A stretch of DNA of 54,538 nt. Origin: a virus. Made by a program: the position numbers and the translations under genes. The stretch's first letter is position 1; each line of letters starts with the position of its first letter. Positions 1 to 8,901 of the stretch are shown one piece after another. The stretch is from the IMG/VR virus record IMGVR_UViG_3300029220_000010; one strand, written 5' to 3'. The notes under the pieces were generated by a model. That model was not told the DNA's origin. It saw only the letters and a list, made by a program, of their open reading frames with translations, and made no database searches.

Positions 1-362
1 GTGGGGCATCCAGTGCGACAGGCTACAAAGGGGCATCCAGTGCGACAGGCGACTACGGGGCATCCAGTGCGACAGGCAACTGTGGGGCATCCAGTGCGAC
101 AGGCTACAAAGGAAAGTCGGCAGCAGAAAACCAAAATAGCGTAGCGGTCGCTTGGGGACCAGAAGCAATGGCAAAAGGCGTAAAAGGATCCACACTTGTT
201 CTTGCGGAATGGAAACGGATTGATAATGATGCATGGTACTGGAAAGAGGAAACGTGGGATTTTATAGGATCGTTAATGGTTCGTGTGGATGGCGAAAAAG
301 TAAAAGAAAACACATGGTACACATTAAAGAACGGTGAACTTGTGGAGGTAGAAGATGAATAA
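1..362 (+). CDS. 3' part of the junction-spanning repeat protein (continuation of CDS 53897-54538)
   Basis: Frame 3 is open from the window edge. GASSATG(YK/DY/NC) units run to nt 110, followed by ...AVAWGPEAMAKGVKGSTLVLAEW...LVEVEDE and TAA at 360-362. Confidence 0.8.
   Translation, partial: GASSATGYKGASSATGDYGASSATGNCGASSATGYKGKSAAENQNSVAVAWGPEAMAKGVKGSTLVLAEWKRIDNDAWYWKEETWDFIGSLMVRVDGEKVKENTWYTLKNGELVEVEDE
3..110 (+). repeat. 27-bp in-frame tandem repeat, 4 units (same array as 54245-54538)
   Basis: GGGGCATCCAGTGCGACAGGC is invariant in every unit; only the last 6 nt of each unit vary. Confidence 0.95.
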
Positions 363-1482
363 AAAAGAAGTATTGGAAATCAGAAAACAATTCACACCGG
401 AAAATTGTGCGATTACCCGTATAGCCGGATGCTACGTGGATGGAGAAAAAGAGAAACGAATGGAAAGAGAAGAAGCGTTTCTTTCACTGCCGGAAGAACA
501 GGCATTTAAGTATTTTGATATTTTCAAGAAGACCTTATCCGGGAAAATCGGAAAGAACCTGTTGAACCTGGAATACAAGCTGAAAGAAAGTAGAAGCAGT
601 GACCCAGAGGGCGAAGAACATGAACTGTTGATGAATCTGAGAGAAAGCAAACTGAGAGACCCGGCATTGTTGGATGAATTCTACGAAAAGATTCTTACGT
701 CTTATGACTGCGCTGAGAATTACTACATTGTACTTATCCATGCAGTATATGACGTACCGGGAAAGACATCGGACGGAGAAGTGTTGGAAGATGCATCTGA
801 GGAAGTATACGATTTCATTCTTTGCTGCATATGCCCGGTGAAACTTTCAAAGCCGGGACTTACTTACAACGGAAAAGATGAACGGATGGAAGAGAGAACC
901 CGCGACTGGGTAGTAGATATGCCGGACAAAGGCTTCTTATTCCCGGCATTTAACGACCGGCAGACAGATGTACATAGCTTACTATATTACACCCGGAAGT
1001 CTGCCGAGGTACAAGAAGAAATGGTTCGAGAGCTACTCGGAATTGATTTGGTGGTATCTGCCGATGAAGAGAAAGATAAATTCGGTAAGTTGTTAGAGGA
1101 TGTACTTGGAGAAGATGCAGACAGCAAGACTGTGAAAGACATCTTTGAGGGCATATCCGAAGAGATGGAACGCCATGCAGAAGACCCGGAGCCGTACAAA
1201 ATTGATAGGAACGAACTGAAAAAGATATTCTGTAACAGCGGTGTACCAGATGAAAAGATGGAAATGTTTGAGGGTGCTTACCGGGAGAATATCGGGAATG
1301 TGCCTGTTATGGCAAGTAACATTTGCGACAACAAGATGGTTAATATCCAGGTTCCAGAGGGGAAGATAACTATCGATGCAGATTTCATCAGTAATATTGA
1401 AATCAAAGAAGTTGACGGAAGAAAATGCATGGTACTGCCAGTAGATTGTGTAGAAGTTAACGGAATTTCAACGAAAGCGTAG
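355..1482 (+). CDS. DUF4317-like protein
   Basis: ATG overlaps the upstream stop (ATGAATAA). The N-terminus MNKKEVLEIRKQFTPENCAITRIAGCYVDGEKEK...AFLSLPEE matches my recollection of the DUF4317 family. Confidence 0.55.
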   Translation: MNKKEVLEIRKQFTPENCAITRIAGCYVDGEKEKRMEREEAFLSLPEEQAFKYFDIFKKTLSGKIGKNLLNLEYKLKESRSSDPEGEEHELLMNLRESKLRDPALLDEFYEKILTSYDCAENYYIVLIHAVYDVPGKTSDGEVLEDASEEVYDFILCCICPVKLSKPGLTYNGKDERMEERTRDWVVDMPDKGFLFPAFNDRQTDVHSLLYYTRKSAEVQEEMVRELLGIDLVVSADEEKDKFGKLLEDVLGEDADSKTVKDIFEGISEEMERHAEDPEPYKIDRNELKKIFCNSGVPDEKMEMFEGAYRENIGNVPVMASNICDNKMVNIQVPEGKITIDADFISNIEIKEVDGRKCMVLPVDCVEVNGISTKA

Positions 1483-1491
1483 GTGTGATAG

Positions 1492-2079
1492 ATGAAATAT
1501 AAGGTTGGAGATAAGGTGAGAGTTATAAGCGGTCTAGTAGTTGATGGAGCATATGGGAATTGGGGATTTACAGAAAAAATGAAGAAATTCAAAGGCAAGT
1601 CAGTAACGATTTCGGAAGTTTGCCAAGATTATTATCGCATCAAAGAAGATGAAGAATATGGGTATTATACAGATGAAATGTTTGAATCTGTAGAAGAAAT
1701 GAGTGCGGAAGAAGCTATTAGGCTGTATGCAAAAGTGTGCAAAGACAGCAATTGCTATGCTTGTCCAGTCTATGAAAAAAGTGGAGAGTGTGGCTGTGAA
1801 GAATTTGCAATCAATCATCCAGAAGAGGTTATTGAATGTCTCAAACAGTGGAAAGCAGACCATGAGAAAAAGCCGATTGAGACGGAATTTATTTACATTG
1901 TCAGAATTATTGAAGACAAGCAATGCGTACATGAGGAAGAAATAGTCGGAGAATCAGAAGATGAAGCACAGGAAAGAGTGCTGAAAAAATATTGCGAAGA
2001 CCATGAAGGAAAGTTTTATGCAGTAGCAGAGAGAATCTGCCGGGTAAAGGGTAACCATGAACACAGGAGAAAAGATTGA
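1492..2079 (+). CDS. Hypothetical protein with a central Cys cluster
   Basis: 195-aa ORF with a GGTG SD-like element upstream; contains CKDSNCYACPVYEKSGECGCEE. Confidence 0.6.
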   Translation: MKYKVGDKVRVISGLVVDGAYGNWGFTEKMKKFKGKSVTISEVCQDYYRIKEDEEYGYYTDEMFESVEEMSAEEAIRLYAKVCKDSNCYACPVYEKSGECGCEEFAINHPEEVIECLKQWKADHEKKPIETEFIYIVRIIEDKQCVHEEEIVGESEDEAQERVLKKYCEDHEGKFYAVAERICRVKGNHEHRRKD

Positions 2080-2212
2080 TTACATGATTCAGTACTTGAA
2101 AGTGGCAAAAGCTGAGTATGATTACGAAGCTGAACGTTATGCACATGAATGTGCTGAGGATTACGAATGGCTTAATAAGCACCATATTACCAACAAAGCA
2201 CTGATTAGATAG
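2057..2212 (+). CDS. Small hypothetical protein (51 aa)
   Basis: ATG at 2057 to TAG at 2210-2212, read by hand; overlaps the previous ORF by 23 nt. Confidence 0.3.
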   Translation: MNTGEKIDYMIQYLKVAKAEYDYEAERYAHECAEDYEWLNKHHITNKALIR

Positions 2213-2265
2213 AATCTAAGGAATGTGGCAAGGATGGGATTCCAGATTGCGAATGAGGTGAAGTG

Positions 2266-2424
2266 ATGATGACAGTAAGAGAAGAACAGGTACTTTGCAA
2301 ACTGCATGAATTTATCGATGCAAACGATATTAATTGTGCGGAAGATGTGATGCAGAGAGATAGCATAAGTGAACAGTGCGTAGATCTTGTAGCAGAGTTG
2401 GTTGATACGCTTTGCTATAAATAA
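2266..2424 (+). CDS. Small hypothetical protein (52 aa)
   Basis: GAGGTG SD at 2255-2260, ATG at 2266, TAA at 2422-2424. Confidence 0.4.
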   Translation: MMTVREEQVLCKLHEFIDANDINCAEDVMQRDSISEQCVDLVAELVDTLCYK

Positions 2425-2490
2425 CATTAAATTACAGAAAGGAGTGCGGAGCTCCGGCCGGGCAAAGATATATCGGATCCTTTCGAGAAG

Positions 2491-2760
2491 ATGAAAAAAG
2501 AAGAATTCATAAAACTTGTACCGAAATGCGGATATGGCAGTGAAGACCGGGCAAGAGATTATACAGAGCGAAATCCCAAAATGCATTATAGCGTGGATGA
2601 TTTTATAAAACTCTACCATGAACCAACAGATTCTATGCACTGGAACGGCATACGCGCTACGAAAGGATTGTATGAAATGTACGGGATTAACGGAAGAACT
2701 ACTGCTAAGAGGAATGGAGTAGCCGGGAATGATAGTTCAAGACAGGATTGGGGGATGTGA
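2491..2760 (+). CDS. Hypothetical protein
   Basis: 89-aa ORF in the + strand gene train. Confidence 0.55.
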   Translation: MKKEEFIKLVPKCGYGSEDRARDYTERNPKMHYSVDDFIKLYHEPTDSMHWNGIRATKGLYEMYGINGRTTAKRNGVAGNDSSRQDWGM

Positions 2761-4407
2761 GAGTGAAATTTATAGATTGGTTCGCTGGAATAGGTGGTTT
2801 CCGCAGAGGAATGGAACTTGCCGGACATGAATGTGTTGGGTTTTGCGAATTTGATAAATTCGCAACTGCAAGTTACATATCCATGCATCTTCTGACGGAG
2901 GAACAGAGGAAGACGTTGGAAGAATTACCACTGAAAAAGCGACAAAAGGAGATTTTGAAAGATGAATACAGAAATGGAGAATGGTATGCAAATGACATTA
3001 GAAGAGTTTGTGCCGATGACATACCAAAAGCAGACTGTTGGTGCTTCGGATTCCCTTGCCAAGATATCTCAGTTGCCGGAAAACAACTTGGATTTCAAGG
3101 AAACCGTTCAAGCTTGTTTTTCAGAGTTATGTACCTTATCGGACAGCTCAAAGAAGAAGATAAACCCGCTTACCTTTTCATTGAGAACGTTAAGAATTTG
3201 CTTAGTGTTAATGGAGGATGGGATTTCGCCCGATTGCTCATTGAAATGGAGCAGGGGGGGGTATGATGCAGAATGGCAGGTGCTCAACTCCAAAGATTTC
3301 GGAGTGCCACAGAACAGAGAAAGGTGTTTCATTATCGGACATCTTAGAGGGAGAGGTTCTGCAAAAGTATTTCCTGTCAAAAGAGCAGACGGAGAAAATA
3401 GTGTTTCGTTAAATTTGTTCGGCTGTCTGAACGGGAGAAATTCACAGAGGGATAGAGTATATAGCAGCGAAGGATTAGCTCCGACTATAAGTACAAAACC
3501 TGGGGGGAATACAGAGCCAAAATATATTGGACAAGATGGAAAAGCGAGAGAGTATGAAGGAATATGTCCAACACTGACAAGCAGAGATTACAAAGAACCT
3601 AGAAGTGTTGGTGTTGTGTGCAATGTTAATCCATCAGGTAAAGGGATGAACGGAAATGTATACGATTCAAACGGTGTGAGTCCGAGCCTAACAACAAATA
3701 AAGGGGAGGGGAATAAGATCGCAATTCCTGTTCTTGCTCCTGATCGTGCTGAAAAAAGACAGAATGGACGGAGATTCAAAGAAGATGGTGAGCCGATGTT
3801 TACACTTACTGGACAGGATAGACATGGAGTAGGAATAGAGCCGCTCGGAGTGCTACGGAATGTTCGTAGTGATTACGGAAAAGAAATCCGCAAAGATTAT
3901 GATGCTGGAAACATCAAAATCTCCAGACATGAATTCCTCGAAAGTAAAGTCAGAGATGATGGAGTAGTGAACACATTATCAACAGTGCAAAAAGATAACC
4001 AGCGTGCAGTTAAGGTAGCCGAAGCAACAAAACAGGGTTATTCAGAGTGCAGAGTAGGTGTCGATAGCGTAAATTTATCTGTTCCGGGGAGCAAAACCAG
4101 AAGAGGAAGAGTAGGACATGACCTTGCGAATACGCTTGATACCAGTTGCAATCAAGGAATTTTTGTACAGGTATCCGAAGAACTGACTGTATATGCTGTC
4201 TGGTATGAAAAATATCAGTGCTACATAGCGATTCGAAGACTAACACCAAAAGAATGTTTCCGGCTACAAGGTTGGACGGACGATTATTTTGAAAAAGCAC
4301 AGTTCGTAAATTCGGATAGCCAGTTATACAAGCAAGCCGGAAATGGAGTCACTGTGAATGTGATTGAAGCAATTGCAGAAAAATTAAGATTTGCGTTAAA
4401 AAGGTGA
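2748..4407 (+). pseudogene. DNA (cytosine-5) methyltransferase split by a frameshift in a G8 tract, with a very long target-recognition region
   Basis: N-part has FAGIGG (motif I), GFPCQD (IV) and ENVKNL (VI). C-part, in the +1 frame from 3262, has GVPQNRERCFIIG (VIII), RRLTPKECFRLQGW (IX) and QAGNGVTVNV (X). The two frames join if the G8 tract were G7. Confidence 0.9.
3254..3261 (+). repeat. Homopolymeric G8 tract at the methyltransferase frameshift site
   Basis: Read directly: gagcaGGGGGGGGtatgatgca. Confidence 0.95.
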
Positions 4408-4412
4408 AAAAT

Positions 4413-4658
4413 ATGGCTAAAAGACCAGATGCAGTAGTAAATAAAATTCAATTCGATTCAAACGAGGTAGATATGGCACTTAGAAAACAAATTCCAGAAA
4501 AACCGATATTTCTACATAACAGGAGCGATACTTGTTCACTGTGGGAATGCCCGCAGTGCAAAAGAAGATTTACGACAACACATAAACCTGGAGTGCTTGA
4601 TGGGACAGATATATATTATTGCCCTAAATGTGGAAAAGCATTTGATTGGAGAGATTAA
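4413..4658 (+). CDS. Small zinc-ribbon protein
   Basis: AAGGTG SD 6 nt before ATG 4413; contains CPQCKRRF...YYCPKCGKAF. Confidence 0.6.
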   Translation: MAKRPDAVVNKIQFDSNEVDMALRKQIPEKPIFLHNRSDTCSLWECPQCKRRFTTTHKPGVLDGTDIYYCPKCGKAFDWRD

Positions 4659-4660
4659 TT

Positions 4661-5053
4661 ATGTACATTGAATTAAGAAAGATAGACAAAGACGCATTGA
4701 AAGTCGGGGATATGGTAGGAGTTGCAAGAGAGGTGAGCTGCGGATGGAAATCATCATTCCGACACCAGTTAATTACTCCGGCAAAAATTACAAGAATTAC
4801 TCCGAAAAGGACAAAGATTGAGACAGATCAATTCGGAGAACATGATAAGAATGAGATTTTTTATGAGTATGATGAAAATGCAAAAAAAGAAAATGAATTA
4901 GCTATCATGTTTAAACAATTTAAAGATGGAAGACGTGCGTTTGAGGACTTTGACAGGAAATACGGTCTTGGTTCGATTAAAGATGAAGATATCCAAAACA
5001 TGGCATATCATATGAAAGCAATTATGGAAATTATAGAGAAATACAAGGAGTAG
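4661..5053 (+). CDS. Hypothetical protein
   Basis: GGAGAG SD 7 nt before ATG 4661; 130 aa. Confidence 0.6.
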   Translation: MYIELRKIDKDALKVGDMVGVAREVSCGWKSSFRHQLITPAKITRITPKRTKIETDQFGEHDKNEIFYEYDENAKKENELAIMFKQFKDGRRAFEDFDRKYGLGSIKDEDIQNMAYHMKAIMEIIEKYKE

Positions 5054-5055
5054 CA

Positions 5056-5193
5056 ATGTTTGAAGAATTATATAAATTCATATCTAGATTGCATTACGGG
5101 ATAAAGTTCATGCCGGAAAAGGATTTTGACGAGCTTTTATCTCGGTGCGACTGGGAGCAAAAGATGTATGCATTGTGCTTTAGATATTTGTAA
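5056..5193 (+). CDS. Small hypothetical protein (45 aa)
   Basis: ATG at 5056 just after AAGGAG; TAA at 5191-5193. Confidence 0.3.
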   Translation: MFEELYKFISRLHYGIKFMPEKDFDELLSRCDWEQKMYALCFRYL

Positions 5194-5226
5194 ACGTGGA
5201 GAAAAATCATGAAAGTACCTTGACAA

Positions 5227-5255
5227 TTGAATATTGATGGTTGGAATGGTATAAT
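5227..5255 (+). promoter_or_regulatory. Sigma-70-type promoter with extended -10
   Basis: TTGAAT (5227-5232), 17-nt spacer, TGgTATAAT (-10 at 5250-5255). Confidence 0.5.
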
Positions 5256-5289
5256 TTCCGTATCAATTAAATGTATGGGAGGAAATATC

Positions 5290-5658
5290 ATGGATTATAT
5301 TGAAAAGCTTTTTAAACAACATCCTTTTATTTATTACATACATGGTAAGTATTATGCATTTGGAGTTAATACTTGTGCAGAGTGTGATAAGCGAAGCGTT
5401 CTTCTTGAGGATAGATACAGGGAATATGAAGATGGGACAAAAAGGAATCTGGAAGAAAGTACAGCATGGGAAATTTTCCACAAACTTTCCGTTGAAGCAA
5501 CATATTTCAAGGAAACAGATGAATCCCTAAGAGTGAAAGAGAAATTTGCTGAACTGAATTTTAGCGAAGAAGATAAACGTGAGTTGAGCAATCAGGTTAA
5601 AAGATATGTGGATTACTGGGGAAAATATAATTTGAGTCAATTCTATAACGAAAGATAG
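5290..5658 (+). CDS. Hypothetical protein
   Basis: GGGAGGA SD then ATG 5290 (MDYIEKLF...); downstream of the 5227 promoter. Confidence 0.6.
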   Translation: MDYIEKLFKQHPFIYYIHGKYYAFGVNTCAECDKRSVLLEDRYREYEDGTKRNLEESTAWEIFHKLSVEATYFKETDESLRVKEKFAELNFSEEDKRELSNQVKRYVDYWGKYNLSQFYNER

Positions 5659-5667
5659 AAAAGCTTA

Positions 5668-5701
5668 CCAACCATCAATATTCGGTGGTTGGTATTTTTT
5701 T
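5668..5701 (+). terminator. Rho-independent terminator
   Basis: CCAACCA (5668-5674) pairs with TGGTTGG (5686-5692), followed by a T-run. Confidence 0.7.
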
Positions 5702-5729
5702 ACGCTTTTTTAAGGAGAAGAGGGATAAA

Positions 5730-6182
5730 TTGAAGAAAATACTGGATGCTTGCTGCGGAAGTCGGATGTTTTGGTTTGACAGAACGAATCAAGATGTCCT
5801 ATTCGCAGACAATAGAGAGCTTGCGACAACATTGTGTGATGGACGAGCACTTCTAGTTAAGCCAGATATAAAAATGGACTTCCGGGAGATGCCATTTCCG
5901 GACAATACATTTAAGATTGTGGTGTTTGACCCACCTCATTTAAAACAAGCCGGCAGTGAATCATGGCTTGCTAAGAAATACGGGGTTCTACCGAAAGATT
6001 GGAAACCATATTTGAAAGCTGGATTTGATGAATGCATGAGAGTGTTGGAGCCGGACGGAATACTGGTTTTTAAGTGGAACGAGGAACAAATAAAACTGAA
6101 TGACGTGTTGAAAGAATTTGGAAAGAAACCACTTCTCGGAGATCAGAGAGGTAAGACACGTTGGATTTTGTTTATGAAATAG
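5730..6182 (+). CDS. Class I SAM-dependent methyltransferase, probable nucleic-acid base methyltransferase
   Basis: TTG start after an AAGGAG/GAGGG element. LDACCGS resembles motif I and VVFDPPH resembles the (D/N/S)PP(Y/F/H) motif IV. Confidence 0.6.
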   Translation: MKKILDACCGSRMFWFDRTNQDVLFADNRELATTLCDGRALLVKPDIKMDFREMPFPDNTFKIVVFDPPHLKQAGSESWLAKKYGVLPKDWKPYLKAGFDECMRVLEPDGILVFKWNEEQIKLNDVLKEFGKKPLLGDQRGKTRWILFMK

Positions 6183-6189
6183 GAGAAAT

Positions 6190-6543
6190 ATGAAGAAAAT
6201 ATTATGCTTAATTCTAATTTGCATTTTCTTGGTTGGTTGTTCCAAAGATGTTTCGGACAAAAGCAGTGAGCCACAAGAAGAAATCACATATTCTCACGAA
6301 GATGTGGACGCAACTATCACTTACATAGATATGCGGAAATGGTTTGCCATTTGTCCACGCTGGCAGTGGGAAATATCGGTTGAATATGATGGACTGACCT
6401 ATGAAAATGATGGTTATGCAAGTGGAGCAATGAATCGACCGAGTTTTGCAGACAGTCAAGAGGGTGATTTGATAAGAGTTGAAATAACCAATAAATACGT
6501 AAATGGGGAACTGGCAGACAGATATATATCGGAAATTAGATAG
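6190..6543 (+). CDS. Lipoprotein
   Basis: Signal peptide MKKILCLILICIFLVGC with an L-V-G-C lipobox. Confidence 0.7.
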   Translation: MKKILCLILICIFLVGCSKDVSDKSSEPQEEITYSHEDVDATITYIDMRKWFAICPRWQWEISVEYDGLTYENDGYASGAMNRPSFADSQEGDLIRVEITNKYVNGELADRYISEIR

Positions 6544-6567
6544 TAAGAAAGGAATGAAAAATATGGG

Positions 6568-6996
6568 GTGACAATAAACAGTAAAAATCACAGTATTGAC
6601 TTGAGTTATTCTGGATTCTACCGTCTTCGAAAAAAAGTAGCGGAATTAACTAAGCCGGACATCTATGAGCATTATAAAATGCTTAACGATGGGAGCTATG
6701 CATTAATAAAAATTAAAGGAAATGAAGATTTTTTCGCATGGTATGACAGAAAAATTGAAGAACTGGATAAAAAGTACGATGGAAAATATTCTGAGGTTCT
6801 CGATTTCTTATATACAAGTGATTGTGACGGAGAAGCAGATGCAGATCATTGCAAATCCGTATATGAAATCATAAAAGATTACGATGATGATATTTGCTAC
6901 GGGTATTGTGGACGCTCGGACTGCGCAATGTTCAAAGATTTTAAACAGTTGATAAAAGATGGTGCGGATACAGGAACTGGGATTGAATGGTATTAA
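6568..6996 (+). CDS. Hypothetical protein (start uncertain, GTG)
   Basis: 142-aa ORF; no clear SD. Confidence 0.5.
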   Translation: MTINSKNHSIDLSYSGFYRLRKKVAELTKPDIYEHYKMLNDGSYALIKIKGNEDFFAWYDRKIEELDKKYDGKYSEVLDFLYTSDCDGEADADHCKSVYEIIKDYDDDICYGYCGRSDCAMFKDFKQLIKDGADTGTGIEWY

Positions 6997-7010
6997 GAAA
7001 GGAGTAAATT

Positions 7011-7313
7011 GTGAAAACGGTATTTACTATTTGTGTGATTATTATGTTATGCGTCTATATAGCAGTGGAAGAAAGAAAAATAAAAGTAACAAAGGAAGAA
7101 TCATATTGGGAAGGATTTCGAAAAGCACTAATAGAATACGGAAAACTTCCGACACGACCGATTATCTTGGACGATTCTACGGGAGATATTGATTATAAAT
7201 GCTCGCACTGTGGAAAGGAATACATAGTGCCGAAAGATAACAAACCGAAATACTGTAGTGAATGCGGAAGATATATTGATTGGGATGAGGCGATACATGG
7301 GATGCAGAATTGA
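7011..7313 (+). CDS. Membrane-anchored zinc-ribbon protein
   Basis: AAAGGAG SD then GTG. N-terminal TM segment VFTICVIIMLCVYIAV; C-terminal CSHCGKEY...YCSECGRY. Confidence 0.6.
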   Translation: MKTVFTICVIIMLCVYIAVEERKIKVTKEESYWEGFRKALIEYGKLPTRPIILDDSTGDIDYKCSHCGKEYIVPKDNKPKYCSECGRYIDWDEAIHGMQN

Positions 7314-7464
7314 ATGTGTAGTAGATAAGAAGAATACCTGTTGTTGCCTGGAATGTGAGAAGTACGAAGAATGCACTATTCTGTGTGATGATTTAGACCA
7401 ATATGAATACATGGAAGAATGCCCGGATTATGTAAAGGAGGATGAAGACAATGAGAATAATTAG
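7297..7464 (+). CDS. Small Cys-rich acidic protein
   Basis: GAGG SD 6 nt before ATG 7297; contains CRIECVVDKKNTCCCLECEKYEEC. Confidence 0.45.
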   Translation: MGCRIECVVDKKNTCCCLECEKYEECTILCDDLDQYEYMEECPDYVKEDEDNENN

Positions 7465-7768
7465 TCAATATGGATGTTATGATATGCCTTATGAGCAAAC
7501 GATGTTAACGAATATAGGAACCAAAATATACGCAGATAACTTAGCAGTCAAAGAATTTCAGGTCGCTGAATATTCCACGGAAGAGAAAGCTGAAAAGGCT
7601 ATGGAAATGTGCAGAAAAAGGTACGCATGGTGCAAAATAAGAATCCACGGAATGAACTCACTCACTATGGCTATGAGTTTTCAGAAAACAGATGAAATAG
7701 AACAACTTTTAAAAACGTTTGCGGAGGAAAATATTTTTCAATTCCCGGCAGACGAAGAGGTGGAATAA
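7451..7768 (+). CDS. Hypothetical protein
   Basis: AAGGAGG SD 9 nt before ATG 7451. Confidence 0.55.
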   Translation: MRIISQYGCYDMPYEQTMLTNIGTKIYADNLAVKEFQVAEYSTEEKAEKAMEMCRKRYAWCKIRIHGMNSLTMAMSFQKTDEIEQLLKTFAEENIFQFPADEEVE

Positions 7769-8080
7769 ATGTACTGGGTAGACAGAAGCACTGGCGAGAT
7801 CGTATCTGAAAGAGACGAAAATAAACCTCTATGGGCATATTATGAATATTTAAGAGGTTATGGGAACGGAGTTATTATAGAGAGTTACATAATAGGAGAG
7901 AACCCGTTCTGCCGGATAGATTTTGCATATTGTGTCGGCGATAAGTATGTAAGCCTAAAAAGAGATTGCCATTTCAAAAATCACGGCGTGGATAGAAACA
8001 ATGTTAGATTGTGCGCCATAATCGTTCCAGCTAAAGAATATGACGAAAAGATAAAAGAGCTGAGCGAGAAAGGAGAATAG
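7769..8080 (+). CDS. Hypothetical protein
   Basis: 103-aa ORF abutting the previous stop (TAAATG). Confidence 0.6.
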   Translation: MYWVDRSTGEIVSERDENKPLWAYYEYLRGYGNGVIIESYIIGENPFCRIDFAYCVGDKYVSLKRDCHFKNHGVDRNNVRLCAIIVPAKEYDEKIKELSEKGE

Positions 8081-8081
8081 C

Positions 8082-8489
8082 ATGGATAATACATATGCAC
8101 CAACGGAAAATAAAGAACAGGAAAAGATAAAGGTAGAGAGCATTGATACCATAGTGACTATGCACGGAGACAAGCCATATTACGAAAATAAGTATAGAGA
8201 AGTGGGTGATAACTACTATCACATTGGATATAGCTCTTATCGTTTGGACGTTGCTCTTGAATATAGAGAAAAATATTTTGAATTAGTAGAAAGAGAAAGC
8301 GACTGGATTCCATGTAATGAAAGAAAGCCAAAAGGTACCGTACTTTGTTGCGATGATAGAGGAAATATGTTAGTTGGACTTCTGTGTAAAGACGAAGCTG
8401 GATATATGGCATATGGCGATGATGGACAAGAAATGTATAACTGTGTTGCATGGATGCCGTTGCCGGAACCGTACAGAGAGGGAGAATGA
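8082..8489 (+). CDS. DUF551-like phage protein
   Basis: C-terminal DWIPCNERKPKG...VAWMPLPEPY resembles the DUF551 signature. Confidence 0.5.
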   Translation: MDNTYAPTENKEQEKIKVESIDTIVTMHGDKPYYENKYREVGDNYYHIGYSSYRLDVALEYREKYFELVERESDWIPCNERKPKGTVLCCDDRGNMLVGLLCKDEAGYMAYGDDGQEMYNCVAWMPLPEPYREGE

Positions 8490-8490
8490 T

Positions 8491-8901
8491 ATGAGCAGAC
8501 TAATTGATGCGGATGCAGAAATCGCAAGAATTGAAGAAGAGATAATGAAATTGACAAAAGCAATAGTGAGATGGCAAGCGAGAAAATTTGAAGAAAGCAC
8601 ACTATATGATATAGATGCAAAAATTCAAGAATTACAAAATAACAGAACTAACTGTAGAGTTGAAATCCGAACATTAAGGAATTACAAAACAGCATTTGAT
8701 GTGGAGAAAGTTGTAAAAGAACTTGAAGATTTAAAGATGCGCTACTATTTCACAATAGCAAATACAGGTGATGCGGATAAAGATTGTGCTTATCTTAATA
8801 CTGCAAATGCTATTGACAGAGCCATTGAAATTGTTAAACGAGGTGGAAGAAATGAAAAACAAAGAGAAGTATGCAAAAGAGATTATGGAGGTTGCTTGTA
8901 G
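8491..8901 (+). CDS. Hypothetical coiled-coil protein
   Basis: GAGGGAG SD then ATG 8491 (MSRLIDADAEIARIEEE...). Confidence 0.55.
   Translation: MSRLIDADAEIARIEEEIMKLTKAIVRWQARKFEESTLYDIDAKIQELQNNRTNCRVEIRTLRNYKTAFDVEKVVKELEDLKMRYYFTIANTGDADKDCAYLNTANAIDRAIEIVKRGGRNEKQREVCKRDYGGCL

Noticed and set aside
2161-2640. 159-aa minus-strand ORF
   Set aside because: It is antisense to three SD-preceded + strand genes in a uniformly + oriented block. Its product is hydrophobic and low-complexity, with no SD.
2962-3261. ATG at 2962 as an independent start for the 481-aa ORF
   Set aside because: The first 100 codons of that ORF are an out-of-frame read-through of the methyltransferase N-terminal half. 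Conserved motifs I, IV and VI are in the other frame. The real relationship is a frameshift at the G8 tract.
5220-5225. Perfect TTGACA as the -35 for the TATAAT at 5250
   Set aside because: The spacer would be 24 nt. TTGAAT at 5227-5232 gives the proper 17-nt spacing with an extended -10.
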